64,000 nucleotides of DNA from the human T2T-CHM13v2.0 reference genome, Homo sapiens, in NCBI RefSeq assembly GCF_009914755.1, contig NC_060928.1. One strand, 5' to 3'. The position numbers were made by a program, and so were the translations under genes. The notes below the pieces were generated by a model that worked only from the letters and a program-made list of their open reading frames with translations, searched no databases and had not been told where the DNA came from. Within the stretch, counting starts at the first letter, position 1; each line of letters opens with the position of its first letter. Below, one piece after another: positions 1 to 13,516 of this stretch.

Positions 1-1522
1 ATAATGCATAAAATAAAGTAATTAATATTTTAGCTATATTGACTTTTTAAAAAAAACTTACACCTATATATTGGTCTTCCACAGTAGTGAATAGTTCTGT
101 ATTCAAGCGTTAACTTCTGTAAACTTAATCATGATTTTGCATTGTCATGTCTAATGGAAAGTATAGCTAGATTTGTTAATGTATTCTCACTTATCATTGA
201 CTCAAACACACTTTTTATTAATCTTTATTTTGAAAAGTTTCCTTCACATGAGAAAATACATACGCAAATTAAGTAAAGTCTTAACCATGAGGAAAAGTCT
301 GGCAGAGATTCATAAAATTCCATTTAACAAAAAAAACTCAGAAAGAAATTGTTATACTGTCCATGTCTTTATTTATTTCGGATAGATTTTTAGCAGCTTC
401 CAAATACATATGCAGTAAAAAAATTTTCCTAAAGTATCTTCACCAGAAAATGTATTATACATTTCCATTCCATTTTATAAAAACTTCCAAAATTCATGAT
501 TCAGAACTGTTCAACCTCTCCTTGAAAGCAGCTTGTGCCCCCATTCCTACAATTAAGCAGTAGATTCACAATCAACAATGATAGCACAGTGATTAGAAAG
601 ATTAAAAAGCAGAATTGGCATTTTTACTCTCAAAATGAACATATATTACTGAGTCAGAGGCCAACTCTATAACTAGAAATTCTCTGAATCAATTTCTATG
701 TAGACTACAAGGCTTATTAAGGGGTACATAATAAAAATGTACTACTTTGAAGCTTGCATATATTATTAAAACTCAACAGTAGCTGCAGCAATTGTTTCAA
801 ACTGAGACCAAAAATTTTTTTTTTCTGAAAGAAGTATTTGATCACTGACATTGTTAACAACTGCCATTGCACAGTGATAATAAAAAGAATACTGGATTTA
901 GTAAGTTTCCTTACTGTTTTGCAATACTCTACAGATAACACATCCCCTGGCTACCTGCACCTGGGGCAGACATTCCCATCGCTCTGCCCTTGGCTCATCA
1001 AACGCTCCTGCACTAGTCCCATTTCATGAAATGCTACAGAGACGTTTTCATATCAGCACATATAAGTCTATCTCATTCATGACTGTATCATATCTCAGTG
1101 TACAGATGCAGACATACTATCATACTTTGACAAATGCTAACATTGTTATGCTTACAAACAATCTTGTAATGTACATTCTTACACATGCATTTTTGTACAG
1201 AATTATAGCTGTATGGGATCAAAACTTTTAATTTTGCTTCTTCCTAGATCCCATATTCTTCTCCATAAGTCCCACTACACAAAATGCTCCTCATTGTCTA
1301 CCTCTGTGCCCTCATCAGGACATCACTGATGAGGTATCCGTCCATTAATTCCTACTTTCAGCCTCTTAGGTTCTGCTCTTCCCTTAATGTCTTCTAATTC
1401 TGTCCCATCCTGCACATCACTTCCAGACTGGTCATCCAAAACAGACCTTTCTTCATGTTATTCCTCTGTTCAAGAACCTACCACTACTGCTGTTTGTTTA
1501 TAACAATGGCTCGCAAACCATC

Positions 1523-1904
1523 TGCTATGGTTTGAATGCATCCCCCAAAAAGCATGTGTTGGAGACTTAATCCCCAATGCAACCATGTAAGAGGTGGGAC
1601 CATTAAAAAGTGGTTTGGCCACAAAGCCTCTGCCCTCAAGTTGGATTAATGCTGTGATCTCAGGAGTGAGTTTGTTATGGAGGGGAGTGGATTTCTTATA
1701 AAAGGATGAGTTCTCCCACCCTCACTTTCTCTTGCCCTTTCACCTTCTACCATGGCATGATGCAGCAAGAAGGCCCTCACCAGTTGCCAGTCCCTCAATC
1801 TTGGACTTCTCAGCCTCCAGAACCAAGAGCCAATACATTTATTTTCATTATAAATCACCCAGTCTTAGGTACTTTGTTATAGCCTCACAGAATGGGCTAA
1901 GACA
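1523..1904 (+). mobile_element. MaLR solo LTR, MST family (MSTB/C/D-like)
   Basis: Starts TGCTATGGTTTGAATG, ends GGGCTAAGACA; internal GCAAGAAGGCCCTCACCAG and TTGGACTTCTCAGCCTCCAGAAC motifs; degenerate 5-bp flanks ccatc/ctgtc. Confidence 0.85.
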
Positions 1905-2137
1905 CTGTCCTTTACAGAGAGAACTCTGGAAATCCTGAAGGTGGCTGAGGACCTGTCATAAGGGCACTGAGGTATGAGACAGGTGGGTCAAGTAGTAACC
2001 ACTTGTCCTCTGTTCACTTTCACCACTTACCTCTTCTACCAGGGCAATTTTACTGATGTTGGTCTTATATAGAGAGCTTCCACTTAATGTTTCACTTGAC
2101 GAAATAGTTCTACTGAGAAACTGTGTGTGTGTATGCG

Positions 2138-2290
2138 CTAGAACATAAGCACCATGAAGGCAAGAATTTTTATCTGTATGAGAATTTCATTCTGGGCCCA
2201 ATGCATCCCAAGTGCCTAAAACAGTGCCTGGCATAGAGTAAATGCTCAAATATTTATTGGATGGATGAATATATGAATATGAATGTGAAG
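2138..2290 (+). mobile_element. L2 3'-end fragment
   Basis: GTGCCTAAAACAGTGCCTGGCATAGAGTAAATGCTCAAATATTTATTGGATGGATGAAT matches the L2 terminus. Confidence 0.75.
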
Positions 2291-2459
2291 AAGTACACAT
2301 AAGCACACACATACAATGTGTTCAAATATAACGTCCACAGTTGTCTGTCTGGCTTTCATGTTCCTCCAACGTTGTTTCTACCCTATCACTAGGCTTACTT
2401 CCCACTAATTCTACTGATCTAAAATTGAATCAGTCCTCTGCATGCTCCAGTTTTATTCC

Positions 2460-2890
2460 TGTATTAGTTTACTACAGATGCCATAGCAAAATGTCACAAA
2501 TCCAGTGGTTTAAAGAACATAAATGTATTGTTTCAGAGTTCTGGAGGCCAGAAGTCTGAGGTCAAGGTGCAGGCAGGGCCATGCTCCATCCAAAGGTGCT
2601 GGGGAAGCTGCTGCTACGGGTCTCTCTCCTAGCTTCCAGTGGTTCCTTTGCTTGTGGCAGCACAACTCTTAATATTTACATAGTGTCCTTCTTGTAGGTG
2701 TGTCTGTGCCCAAATGTCCCCTTTTTCTAAGGATGCCAGGAATGTTGTACTAGGGACCCACTCTACTCTAGAATGACCTCATCTCAACTACCTGCAACAA
2801 CCTTACTTGCAAATAAGGTTCCATTCTAAGGTGCTGGGGGTTAGAACTTCAACATATAAATTTTGGAGTAACACAATCCAACCCACAAGC
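2460..2890 (-). mobile_element. MaLR solo LTR, MLT1B/C-like
   Basis: TGTATTAGTT (reverse complement of the LTR end AACTAATACA), GTTCTGGAGGCCAGAAGTCTGAGGTCAAGGTG; attcc on both flanks. Confidence 0.85.
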
Positions 2891-3324
2891 ATTCCTACTC
2901 CTCCGCCTTTGCCCTTGCTGCTCCTTCTCCCTGGAATGTCCTGCTCTGCCTTCTCCTTATCTCTTATTCGAAAACGTCAACTTTCATAATATCAGAAAGT
3001 TTAACTTAACTTACACCTCACTAGCTGGACACATTTTCATTTTGTTCCTTCTCCTTGATAGCAAGGTCCTTGAAAATGGAATCATAGATAGATAGAGAAT
3101 ATTCTCTGTTACCTAGTGGAGTGTTTGAAGCAAAATAACCTCCAATCATAGGTCATTAGTAGTAACTCAGGCTTCCCCTCAATTTGCAGCATTGTCAGGA
3201 ACAAAGACAATATCTGAAAAAAAATTACCAGCAATAATTGAGCCCTGTTTAGATAACAAAGCTTAAATCCCTCAACTTGCCAAGAATATTTGGTAACAAT
3301 AATAGTTAAGATTTCTTGAAGACT

Positions 3325-3540
3325 CACTACATGTGGGACACTGCTGTAAATTCATTACATACTAATGCATTTAATCTTCACCACAACCCAGGGAGATAGT
3401 ATAATTATCATCCACCTTTATTTGATGAAGGGATTCCCAGAGAGGTTATGTAACTTACTGAAGCTCCTACACAACTAAGGATTTCTTGGGAGTTGGACCA
3501 AGACTGTTTGGCTCCAGAGACCATGTACTCCTAATTATTC
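3325..3540 (-). mobile_element. MIR
   Basis: CATTTAATCTTCACCACAACCC...AGAGAGGTTATGTAACTT, antisense MIR core. Confidence 0.65.
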
Positions 3541-5534
3541 CTCTAAATTCCCTGCCTTTTAAGGAAATACACAATATACCCCCATGTCATACAGCTTATG
3601 TGGGGCATTCTTTGTATAGAGCTTTACTAGATATAATGGAGAAGCTGAGTTAGGGTTCTTAGCAAGGAGGGTTTCTTCCCCTTCTTCCCTCCTCGGTAAT
3701 TTCCCAGTGTTACCCCATTCTGACTTGAGAATCACTTTTGCTAGACCAGATACCCCCAGCGTATCAGCACAGAGGAACCTACAAGAACTGATTGCTTCTC
3801 TGCCCCCTTTCTAACTTGCAAACCTGGGATGTCTATCTAGTCCTGACACACCTGGCTGCCTGTTCAGTGGATTCATCTGACCTTGACTTTGGGGTCCACC
3901 GATGAAGCCCACTCTGTTTAAGAATGTTATGAGTGTGTTGAAATCCTTGTTCGATGGGACCTCTAGGGAGAACTTCGGTGTGTATCAGCCTGCTGAAACA
4001 TTCCAGCACATCAGCAACAGGTTGAAAGCTGGTGTAGAAAGAATGTAAAAGATGGCTTTCTTAGCAGGCTATTAATAAAACACATCTTATGATTATTCCG
4101 TTAAAGGGCAGTTTACAATTTCTAATTTTAGCTATGAAATTTTATTTTCATAGATATACTTTTTATCTCCAAAAGTATATCTTAGCCAAGAAAAAATGTA
4201 GAAGATAAACAGCTTATAATTTGACTTCTAGAAATTGATCTGTACACTCAAGGTAAATGGATTGCAAGTATTGATTAATACTTTGGAATGAATACCATTT
4301 CATAATTTTTAATTAACCACTAGGTAATATTTAATGGAAACTGCATAGTGCCATAGATATGAATTTGAAAAATGAGGAGGTAAAAGGGTCCGTCCCTTAG
4401 TCCCATTGTGGTAAAAGTAATTGCCGAGAGTGACCGGTTTGTAACCGTGTTTTCTTCTCTGGTAATTCTAGGTTATTAATGTCCCAAAGCACAAAGTGAT
4501 ACTGCTGTATTAATTCTCTTGGCCTCGAAATGATCTACAGCACAATTTAAGAACCATGCATCTTGTCATCACTTAAAATTGTTTTTAACCCAATGAAAGA
4601 TAGAAAAAAAGGCAGTGAATCTTGTGGAACTAGAGAAGAAATTCACCCATATATGTGATCTTTTGAAAATACTAGCAATATTAAGTAATACTAGTTTTGC
4701 TGTAGACACAAGGCACTGAAGTTAAGAGGGAAAAAATGTGTACTTGGTTGTAGGGCATTCAACACTGTAGGTATTACATCAGCAAGTAGCATTTGGGTAG
4801 AAATGGAAACAATGAAGGTACAGTCTTCACATAGTGAACTATTAGAAGTACTGTGTCTGTCGCAGGAGGAACCCAGAATTTAAATGAACCATTTATGACT
4901 CAGCTGCCCTAGGGCAAGCACAAGATTCATTAATAATGCAGTGTTTATTTGAAATATTTTATTATAACGCACATTTATTACAAAAAAATCTAAACAGCAG
5001 AAAAAAGCCAGCATTGCACAGGTTCGGCATTCTGGACAAGTTATTTTCAAAATGGGATTCTTGGCAAATTATATCATTTCTTTCAATACTTCACCTGTGA
5101 CACTATAAAGAATACATATTTATTTAAGTAGTGGCATTATACACTGCTGCTTGTGTTGTACATAATTTATAGAAAATGATCTACCAACATGGATAGGTAA
5201 TGTTCCCCGTGAAAGTAAACGGTTAGAATTAGAAAGTGATGAAGAGCTCTGAGAGTTGCCTAATATGAGGTGGAGTAAATTAGACTCCTTAACAAGTGAG
5301 TTCATGTTTTCCAAAAATTATGGTCAACTTACCTCCTATTATAAATATGAGAGCAATTATTGCTAAAGTTTGTCATGAATAAATTGACCCATATATTAAA
5401 TACACATAAAGTAATATGAGAACGCTGTTATATTTACTCCTACAGGAGTAAATATCTGTACCAGCTGTATTTACTGTCGCAGAGTACTGCAGAAAGTTTC
5501 AGATCATCTGGATCTCTCTGCAGTAAATGGGCAG

Positions 5535-5730
5535 AGTGTGATCTTGAGAGCAAACATACCTAAATAACTCCTGGCTTAGCCTCTTAATACTCGTATGATT
5601 TAGGGCAAGTTTGTTCACCTGTCTGAGTTTCTGTTTTTTCACTTGAACAATAATACCTGCCTCACAGAGTCAGTAGCAGAATGAAATAAGAGAAACCATG
5701 TAAAGCACCTTAGCACTTGGTGCTCGACGT
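5535..5730 (+). mobile_element. MIR
   Basis: GGGCAAGTTTGTTCACCTGTCTGAGTTTCTGTTTT...AATAATACCTGCCTCACAGAG...ATGTAAAGCACCTTAGCAC. Confidence 0.65.
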
Positions 5731-6299
5731 ACATTATTTCATTTCCTGCTGTGGCTCTTTATGTCCAAGCAGCGTACAATAATTATTGCATAGCAGGTTA
5801 GTACCCAGTTAATTGCCTACTTTTCCCATCCAGCTGGTTATTCCTAGGAAGCAAACTTTACTTTTTTTTTTTTATCTTTGCATTTCCTGCCATGAGCAAA
5901 GGGCTTGGCACCTGGTAGCTCTGGTTCATACATTAACATGATTCCTTCTGATGCGCTCCAGTGTCTCAGACAGGGACAGTCATCAGCCTGGCCCAGGGAC
6001 GCATTTCTTACTTGTCTCTGGCTCATGGGATAGATTGTATCTCAAGACTGACTAGGAATAGGATTATTCCCTGCTTTTGTTTTTCCTGATAAAAAGATAA
6101 CATCTCTTGAAATTTAGACTGCAAAATTCCAAAATATATACTTTGGATAGCACCTTAAAATCTTTGCCCCTCTACAGAGGTCAATAACCACGTTTGCACC
6201 TGCAGAAGAATATACTGCAAATATGTACTATCATGATAAAAACGCTGTGATAGTCTGTCCAGATGACTCTGTAATGTAGTAAAACTGCCACAAGGCTCC

Positions 6300-7040
6300 A
6301 GTGTCCCATCTTGTGCAGATCTTTGCCCCTCTTTGAGCTTCACTTCTTCTGTGAAATAGAGAATAATAATACAAAGTTCACTGTGATTTTTAAGTGAGAT
6401 TGAACACATATTTGGAACTCTATAAATGCAATATTTGCTTTATTTGTTATTTCTATATTTGGTACTAATACTAGCTTTTCAAACAAAAAGTAGAAAATTA
6501 ACATTTATTGGGTACCCACTGTCAGTCAAGTGCCATACTAAGGATTTTTCGTATAACATCTCATTTAAACCCACTTAGCACTTCTGTGAGTGAAGTGATA
6601 TTCACTTCCCTGAAAATCCTTGGAACGGCACTTAGTGAAATTAACCAAGATCGCATAGCTTAAGAAGTAATTTAGCCCAGCTTCCTTCTCTCTCACACAA
6701 AGTATAAAAGAGTACTCAGATTAAAGGGGAGACTGTTCTAGCTGTTAGCATGATGTGTTTTCATAATGATTATTGCTAATTCTATTTTATTTCTGTAACA
6801 GTTTACAGAAGCGCCTGCATCTGCATTATAGGTGCTAGCAATAACTTCCCTTTATATGTGCCAGGAACTGTGCTAAGTACTTTGCATATAGTATAATCAA
6901 TCTTCAAAATAAATTGCCTGGCAGATGTGATCTTCATTTCGCAGAAGTAGAAACTGAAGCTCAAAGAGTTAAGTACTTTGCCCTTGTCATGGGGCTTACA
7001 AAGGTGGGGCTGGCACCCTAGCTGAGGACTGATGCCCTCT
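6300..7040. mobile_element. Cluster of degraded MIR fragments (~6300-6440 +, ~6500-6670 -, ~6850-7040 -)
   Basis: TATGTGCCAGGAACTGTGCTAAG...GAAACTGAAGCTCAAAGAGTTAAGTACTTTGCCC and related core matches. Confidence 0.6.
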
Positions 7041-7960
7041 CTTTCTGTAGCTGTCTCTGTTCTCTGTATTTGCTGTGTCAGCCTATTTTGACCAACACAG
7101 TAAACAAAGAAGCAGATTATTCGGTCTTCATATCACAGATAAGGACATCAAAACTCAACAAAATAACCTAAAAGTAAAAAAGCTAGAACTAGGACCCTAG
7201 GCATAGCCCTAGCCAACACACAGTAGTCACTAAAGTGAACTTTGCAAAAATTCAGCCATGTTCCACAGGTTCATGAAATTCCCTGTTTTATGCGTATACC
7301 TATTATTGTGTTGTAAACAAACCAAAGTCTGTTCTCAGTAGTGTCGCAAACATATTTCTATGGGGAATGTGGATTTTTCCATGCCCTATTGATGTTTCTA
7401 TAATTTCTACCATGTCTCAGTCCATGGACTTTTTTCTGTTTAGCTGTGTTTCAACCAAACATCTGTCTCAGAATATACGTTTTATAAATCCTGCCTTTGA
7501 TTAAAAAACCTGTGTATCATGTAACGTCATATAAAAACAAGCAATTCAATAAATATTATTGGTTGGTGATAAGAATTATAATAGAAATTTTAAGCAATTT
7601 TATCAATTTAGGAATCATATATTGAATATCTACAATATAATAACATGATATCCAGAGCTCAGGGGAGAGAGCAATTGCAACGAAGTCAGTTCCTACAGAG
7701 ATCAAGAATCTGATCTCATTTTAAAGTAAGGATTTCCAGAACATCGTGTTTGAAAGCAGCTTACCACTAAGAACAACTTTTAAACAGAAGAACTAAGAAT
7801 ACTGATAAAATAAATGTATCATTATTTCATACTATTGTTTGTTAACGTGGGTAGTTATCGTAACTTCATTCTTAATTCAAAATCTCCTAGATTACACCAA
7901 TTTCCATAGGGAGATTTTGATACGAGGAGTAGTGACCACCTTGGAAAGTCAGAAGTGTGT

Positions 7961-7961
<1 letters not shown>

Positions 7962-8004
<43 letters not shown>
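7962..8004. repeat. (GT)n microsatellite, ~21 units
   Basis: Uninterrupted gt run seen directly. Confidence 0.95.
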
Positions 8005-8008
<4 letters not shown>

Positions 8009-8064
8009 AGAATTATGGCAAAGAGGCCATGACATTACACATGATTGAGGTTGCAGTCTTCTAA

Positions 8065-8481
<417 letters not shown>

Positions 8482-8484
8482 TAA

Positions 8485-8900
8485 GTTTTCAAAACTGGAG
8501 TTTATTGGGGTGTTAGTACATGGTCTATGAAAAAAAAAAAAACTCATGTTAAATTAAGTATTGGAAATGCTGAGTCAGACAACATCAAATGGTTTCCTTT
8601 TGTGCAAGACTTCTCAGAAGCCTTATTAAGCTGCTATGCATTGTGAAATTCCAAGAAGGTAATTCAGCAAGCAGGACTTCATGAAATTACTTGAATATGC
8701 AACTTTTTTCCCACAGACCTTCTATTAGGTTTTCCCCAGAACAGAATCTTGGAAATGCAAATTTGGAAAAACGGACAGTTGAGGACACAGATGATTTTTT
8801 TTTCAGACCAGGATTGTTCTGAGTAGACAGCACTACTCCAGCAGGTCAATGTGCATACTCTATTGGTGTTTTGGACCACATTCAGCATAGCACTGTGCTT
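8485..8900. mobile_element. Degraded hAT-Charlie-type DNA transposon relic
   Basis: TGGAAATGCTG...GCAAGACTTCTCAGAAGCCTTATTAAGCTGCTATGCATTGTGAAATTCCAAGAAGG resembles a Charlie/MER internal motif; subfamily not determined. Confidence 0.45.
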
Positions 8901-10489
8901 CCAAAATGTCTTGCTTTTTTTAAAATATAATTAACAGAATTTTTGTGTAGAAATTTACCATGGGGACCCCTTATATGTATTGCATAGTGATCAAGTTTTC
9001 CCAAATTGCTATCACATATTTTTTTCACTCAAAAGTTGAATTACAAACAGGCTGTATACCCTTAGCACTGTCCCATAAATCATTCCAACACCTAGTTCAG
9101 TGCTGGAGACACAGAAGGTCCTCAAGTAAAATCTACTTGACAATAATGACTTATAATTTTTAAATCCTTCTCAGGTGGACCACTAGCTAAACAGCAAGTC
9201 TGGGTCTGCCAGTGCTGATACACACGCCTGAATCCGGGTATATTAGAATTGAAGTTATTTCTCAGAAATATTATCAAATCAAAGAGCAGATAGAATGCCC
9301 TTTTGAAATTATAAGATATAAGACTAGTGCTTTATGTGGAAGATAGAGCTTTTTTTAAATAATCATTTATATTTTATAAACTGCATTTCCAAACTGCATT
9401 TCCTTGCAGTTTGGAAAATGAGTTATATTGGAGGAATTGTGGCTTCTAGGTAGTAATAAATATGAATGTTTTATATGGCCCTTTTTATTGTTTCAGAATT
9501 TAGCAATATACCTAAAAATATTTTTCACTAATATGACTTACAAACTTTTATTATGATTATTACTATCTGTTGCAATTTGGGAAATAAACATTAATTAGAT
9601 ATAAGGCAAAATGGAATAAAAATATGTATGGAATTGTACATGTGACAGTATATTTTATCTTCTTAACATATGTGCCTTAAGTGCTCACTAGGCCAGGTAC
9701 TATGATGGGCACTGCAGAAAGAGACATGGCAGAGACACTCTAGGTCCTCGAAAGGTCATCAGGATAGTTTTTCTCTTGCGTGTGGCCATCGGGTAGAAAG
9801 CCTGATTTTCATATACTGCATGAAAATTATCATTGCTCTACCGTTGCCGCACGAGGGGTAAACATTTTTCTCTGAAAATAATTTTTTTGCATGCAAAATG
9901 AGGGTGGAATTGGTGAAGAAATATAGTTGAACTTCTTCAATTCAATTAGTTTAGATTCCATATTAACTGCTCCAGTTTGAGTTGGGTTAAATTGGAAGGT
10001 CTGATAATAAAAGTCCCTTAGGGAAATATGGAAATATTTTATGCAAAAAACACCTTAGAAAAGAGTACATAGACAACAGAAATGTTGCCTCATAAATCAA
10101 GTTTCTTCCTCTACTGACTCATTTTCAATATGTTGTCCAATAGAACCATTACTAATGAGCACTCTTAAAGTGTTATGTGGGGCTGCGGGAAGGGGGGGGT
10201 GCATTTTCTTTTTCTGTAATTTAATTGACAGACACCATTTTTCCAGGGTAGTTTTGAGCTTCAAAATGCGCTGTTAAATTGGACTTACAATTCTGAATTA
10301 AAGTATAGTGCAGTGAAATGCATACTGGCCTAAATTGCTGTTGATATTGGATTTATATAAAGAAAACTTCACAAACAATATATAACATGGGAGATTAAAA
10401 ATAGGGAGTAGGGGAGGACATACTAACAGTTGGGAAATCTGGGTTCTCTTTCAGGCTCTGTAACTTTGGAAAATGCTAGGAATTTTCTT

Positions 10490-10668
10490 TTTCATCTTTC
10501 ATTTTAGTTTCAGGAGGTATATGTGCAGGTTTGTTACATGGGTAAATTGTGTGCTGCTGAGGTTTGGAATACAAATGGTCCTGTCACCCAGGTAGTGGGT
10601 ATAGTACTGGACAGGTAGTTTTTCAACCCTCCCCCTCCTCTCCCTCTCCTCTCTGGTAGTCCCCAGTG
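10490..10668 (-). mobile_element. 5'-truncated old L1PA/L1PB 3' end, inserted in a MIR
   Basis: ATGTGCAGGTTTGTTACATGGGTAAATTG...GTCACCCAGGTAGTG; degenerate TSD tgctaggaattttctt / tgccaggactttttctt. Confidence 0.85.
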
Positions 10669-10899
10669 CCAGGACTTTTTCTTAATCTTGTTTTCCTCAG
10701 CTATGAAACATTGGATTAGAATGGATCATATCTTCATTACTAAAATGTAAGGAATCCCTTTCTAACTATAAGTCAGAAACTCCCATCAATGTAAAAGATC
10801 ACAAATATTTCAAAATGAAAGGAGATTATTTATTTGATTACAGGTGTAAGCTATGCTCTATTAGTCACAGATAATGGAGCCAAAACACTCCTCAACACA

Positions 10900-12110
10900 C
10901 CCTGTTTTATGTGAGCCCAAAATGATTCACTTTGATAACTCTCCCTAAAGTGACCAATGCGATCCAGATCATTCAATCTGGGAGGCATGTTTTAGTCCTC
11001 ATTAGAGATCTTCATTCATGACCCACCTTATTAACCATTTCTTTCTTCCTTAAACACTTTTTCACCTTAGCTTCAGTCACATGACCTATGCTCCCGATTT
11101 TATCTTTTTTTTTTTTTTTTTCTCATTGACTATTCCTGCTCAGTCCTTTCTCAGATTCATCTCAGATTCATTGACATCTACTTGGCCCTTAAATATTGGG
11201 AGTGCCTCAAAACTTCATTTTAATATTGTTTCCCATAGAGAATTCTCCCTACGTGAACCCACCTGTGTCCATTGCGTTCTTTAACACCTAATGCCCATGA
11301 TTCACAAATTTTATCTCCAGTTCCGACGTCTGATGTTCTCACTCATGTATGCAAGTACCTGCTTCACCTTCTCTCTTGATATCTTGCCATAGGCACTGAG
11401 TGTCTCCATAGGCACTGAAAACTTACCATGTTTCAACCAAACTTTAGAGTTCGTTGGTCTTCCTCCACCCCCTGCTCCTCTTTCAGAGTCAGCTTCCAGA
11501 GAATGGAATAGTCATTATCCAGCTATGCAAAAGAGACATTCCTTTGAAAATGTCCCTCTTTCACTTCACATTGTCTAGTCTGCTAAGAAGTCCTCTGGTC
11601 TTTTAATGTATCCACTTATCACCATGTCCAATGCCTCTTCCATAGTCTAAGATACTCCTTTGTTTTAGCTGTGGGACAACATAGCCTCCTAGTTAACATA
11701 TGTGCTTTAAGTGCCTCCATTCATGCCCTCCCCAAATTGTCAATTTTCATACTGCAGTGGGAGTGCTTCTCTAAAAGCTCAAACCTGGTTCTCTCTTGTT
11801 TAAGAGAATTGAATGCCTTTTCGTTTTTCTTTAAATAAAGAAGGGCTTTAAATGATCAGCCATGTCTTTCGTGATCTGGCCATACTTAGCCCTGGAGTCT
11901 CATTTCATACTCGCACCTTCCTCTTCTCCTGAGGTCCAGACTCATTAGCCTTATTTCAGTTCCTTAAATAGGTTGCGCTTCTCCTTACACAGGAATCTTC
12001 ACATACTGTTTCTTCTGCATGCCTCTGGTCTCCCAATTTCCTTTCGCCAGAAAACATTATCTGATCCCCTAGGTCAACTTTCCTTTTTATATGGCTTGGT
12101 AGCATCCGAT
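10900..12110 (+). mobile_element. L2 fragment(s)
   Basis: Pyrimidine-rich, degraded L2-like tract (AAACACTTTTTCACCTTAGCTTC; TCACAAATTTTATCTCCAG; TGCACATACTGTTTC-like segments). Confidence 0.6.
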
Positions 12111-12171
12111 TTCTTTGAGAGAATTTATCTCAGTCAGATATTTACATTTATTTTAGCGATTATTTTTTGCC

Positions 12172-12530
12172 CTCATTCAACAAATATTTATTGAACACTT
12201 ACTGTGTGCGAGGCACATGGTAAGGTGATAGTAAACATTGGTGAACAAGAGACAAGTTCTATGCAGCTACAGAGCCTATAATCTCATAGGAAAGATGAAA
12301 AATCACTGAACACCACAAAAATATATGTACATTTTGAATTGTAATAACTTTTTTGAAGAAAACAGAGTTCAGTGCAAGGGAAGAAGGGGTTTGTGGGAAG
12401 ACTTGCTTTAGGAATCAGGAAAGAGCTCTCTGAGAAGGTAGCTTTCATACTAAGACTCGAAAATGTGAGGGGTTGGTAGGGCTTATGACAGAGAAAATGC
12501 ATTTCCTGCAGAGGTAAGAGAATTGAGGAG
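12172..12530 (-). mobile_element. L2 3' end, antisense; apparently nested in the + strand L2 whose end resumes at ~12575-12700
   Basis: CATTCAACAAATATTTATTGAACACTTACTGTGTGCGAGGCAC. Confidence 0.75.
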
Positions 12531-13092
12531 GTCTTGAGGGAGGCAACGGGGAAGGCAAGAATTTAGGAGGCAATTTTGTATCTGTCCTTTCCTCTAATCC
12601 ACAAACTTTGAGGATGAGGGAACATGTCTGTTTTTCTCTCTATCAAAACTCTAGTGCCAAGCTCAGTAGCTGGGGTGTATTTATGGAAAGAAAATAGATA
12701 GGCATAACTTACTTTACAAAGTAACTTCATCCTAAAACTGAATGTATAAGTTTAAAATAAAAGTATCATTTAATAATTATTTCATAAATCATTACAAAAA
12801 TTACCAAAATTATTTGTTAGGTTGTTCTATATATATATACTTTTGCTTAAAAAATATTTGCTTAATTTTCTTTATAAAATATCTATTATGTTTGTATCTA
12901 TCTATATCATCTCTCTTAGGCTATTTGAATGAAAAGCTTCCCAAGAATGTTTTAAACAACAAAAAAAAAAAACAGAGAAAACATGATTTGGGGATATCAT
13001 TATCTACCAATAAAAGCTGTAAATAACAGCGATATGATGATAATACAAATTAATTTTTGAATTATTTTGCTTTAAACTTATTCCAACACGTC

Positions 13093-13516
13093 TGTTAAAG
13101 CAAACTAAATATGGCCCAGGGACTCCATATTTCTATATTGAGTCCTTGTGGACAAACTGTAATCTAGCTTAATAGGTAGACAAGATTGAAAACCTATCTT
13201 AGGAGTAAGTGCCTGTAACAAAAGCTGAGTCTTGGCCAGTCCCAGCAAGGGTACTTCAACCATTCATCTGCTGAGTGTTCAAACTGATCAAATAAGGCAA
13301 GCACCAACCTATAACCAATCCAGCCATTCTGTACCTCACTGCCAGTTTCTGTAGCCTCATTTCCCTTTTCTTGTCTTTAAATCTTCTTCCACCACATGGC
13401 TGCAATGGAATCTCTGTGAGTCTGCTGTGATTCCGGGGGCTGCCCCATTCACGAATCTTTCATTGATCAATTAAACTCCTTTAAATTTAATTTGGCTTAA
13501 GTTTTTCCCCTTATCA
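13093..13516 (+). mobile_element. ERV1 solo LTR, MER57 family (MER57B-like)
   Basis: Starts TGTTAAAGCAAACTAAATATGGCC; AAATAAGGCAA, TAACCAATC (CCAAT box), ATTAAA poly(A) signal; ends ...TTATCA. Confidence 0.85.

Noticed and set aside
5326-5335. Isolated minus-strand consensus donors (also ~13751, ~36817)
   Set aside because: No plausible matching acceptor at exon distance.
11387-11418. Short 12-13-bp direct duplications (also 22128-22152)
   Set aside because: Ordinary slippage events in degraded repeat or AT-rich DNA.
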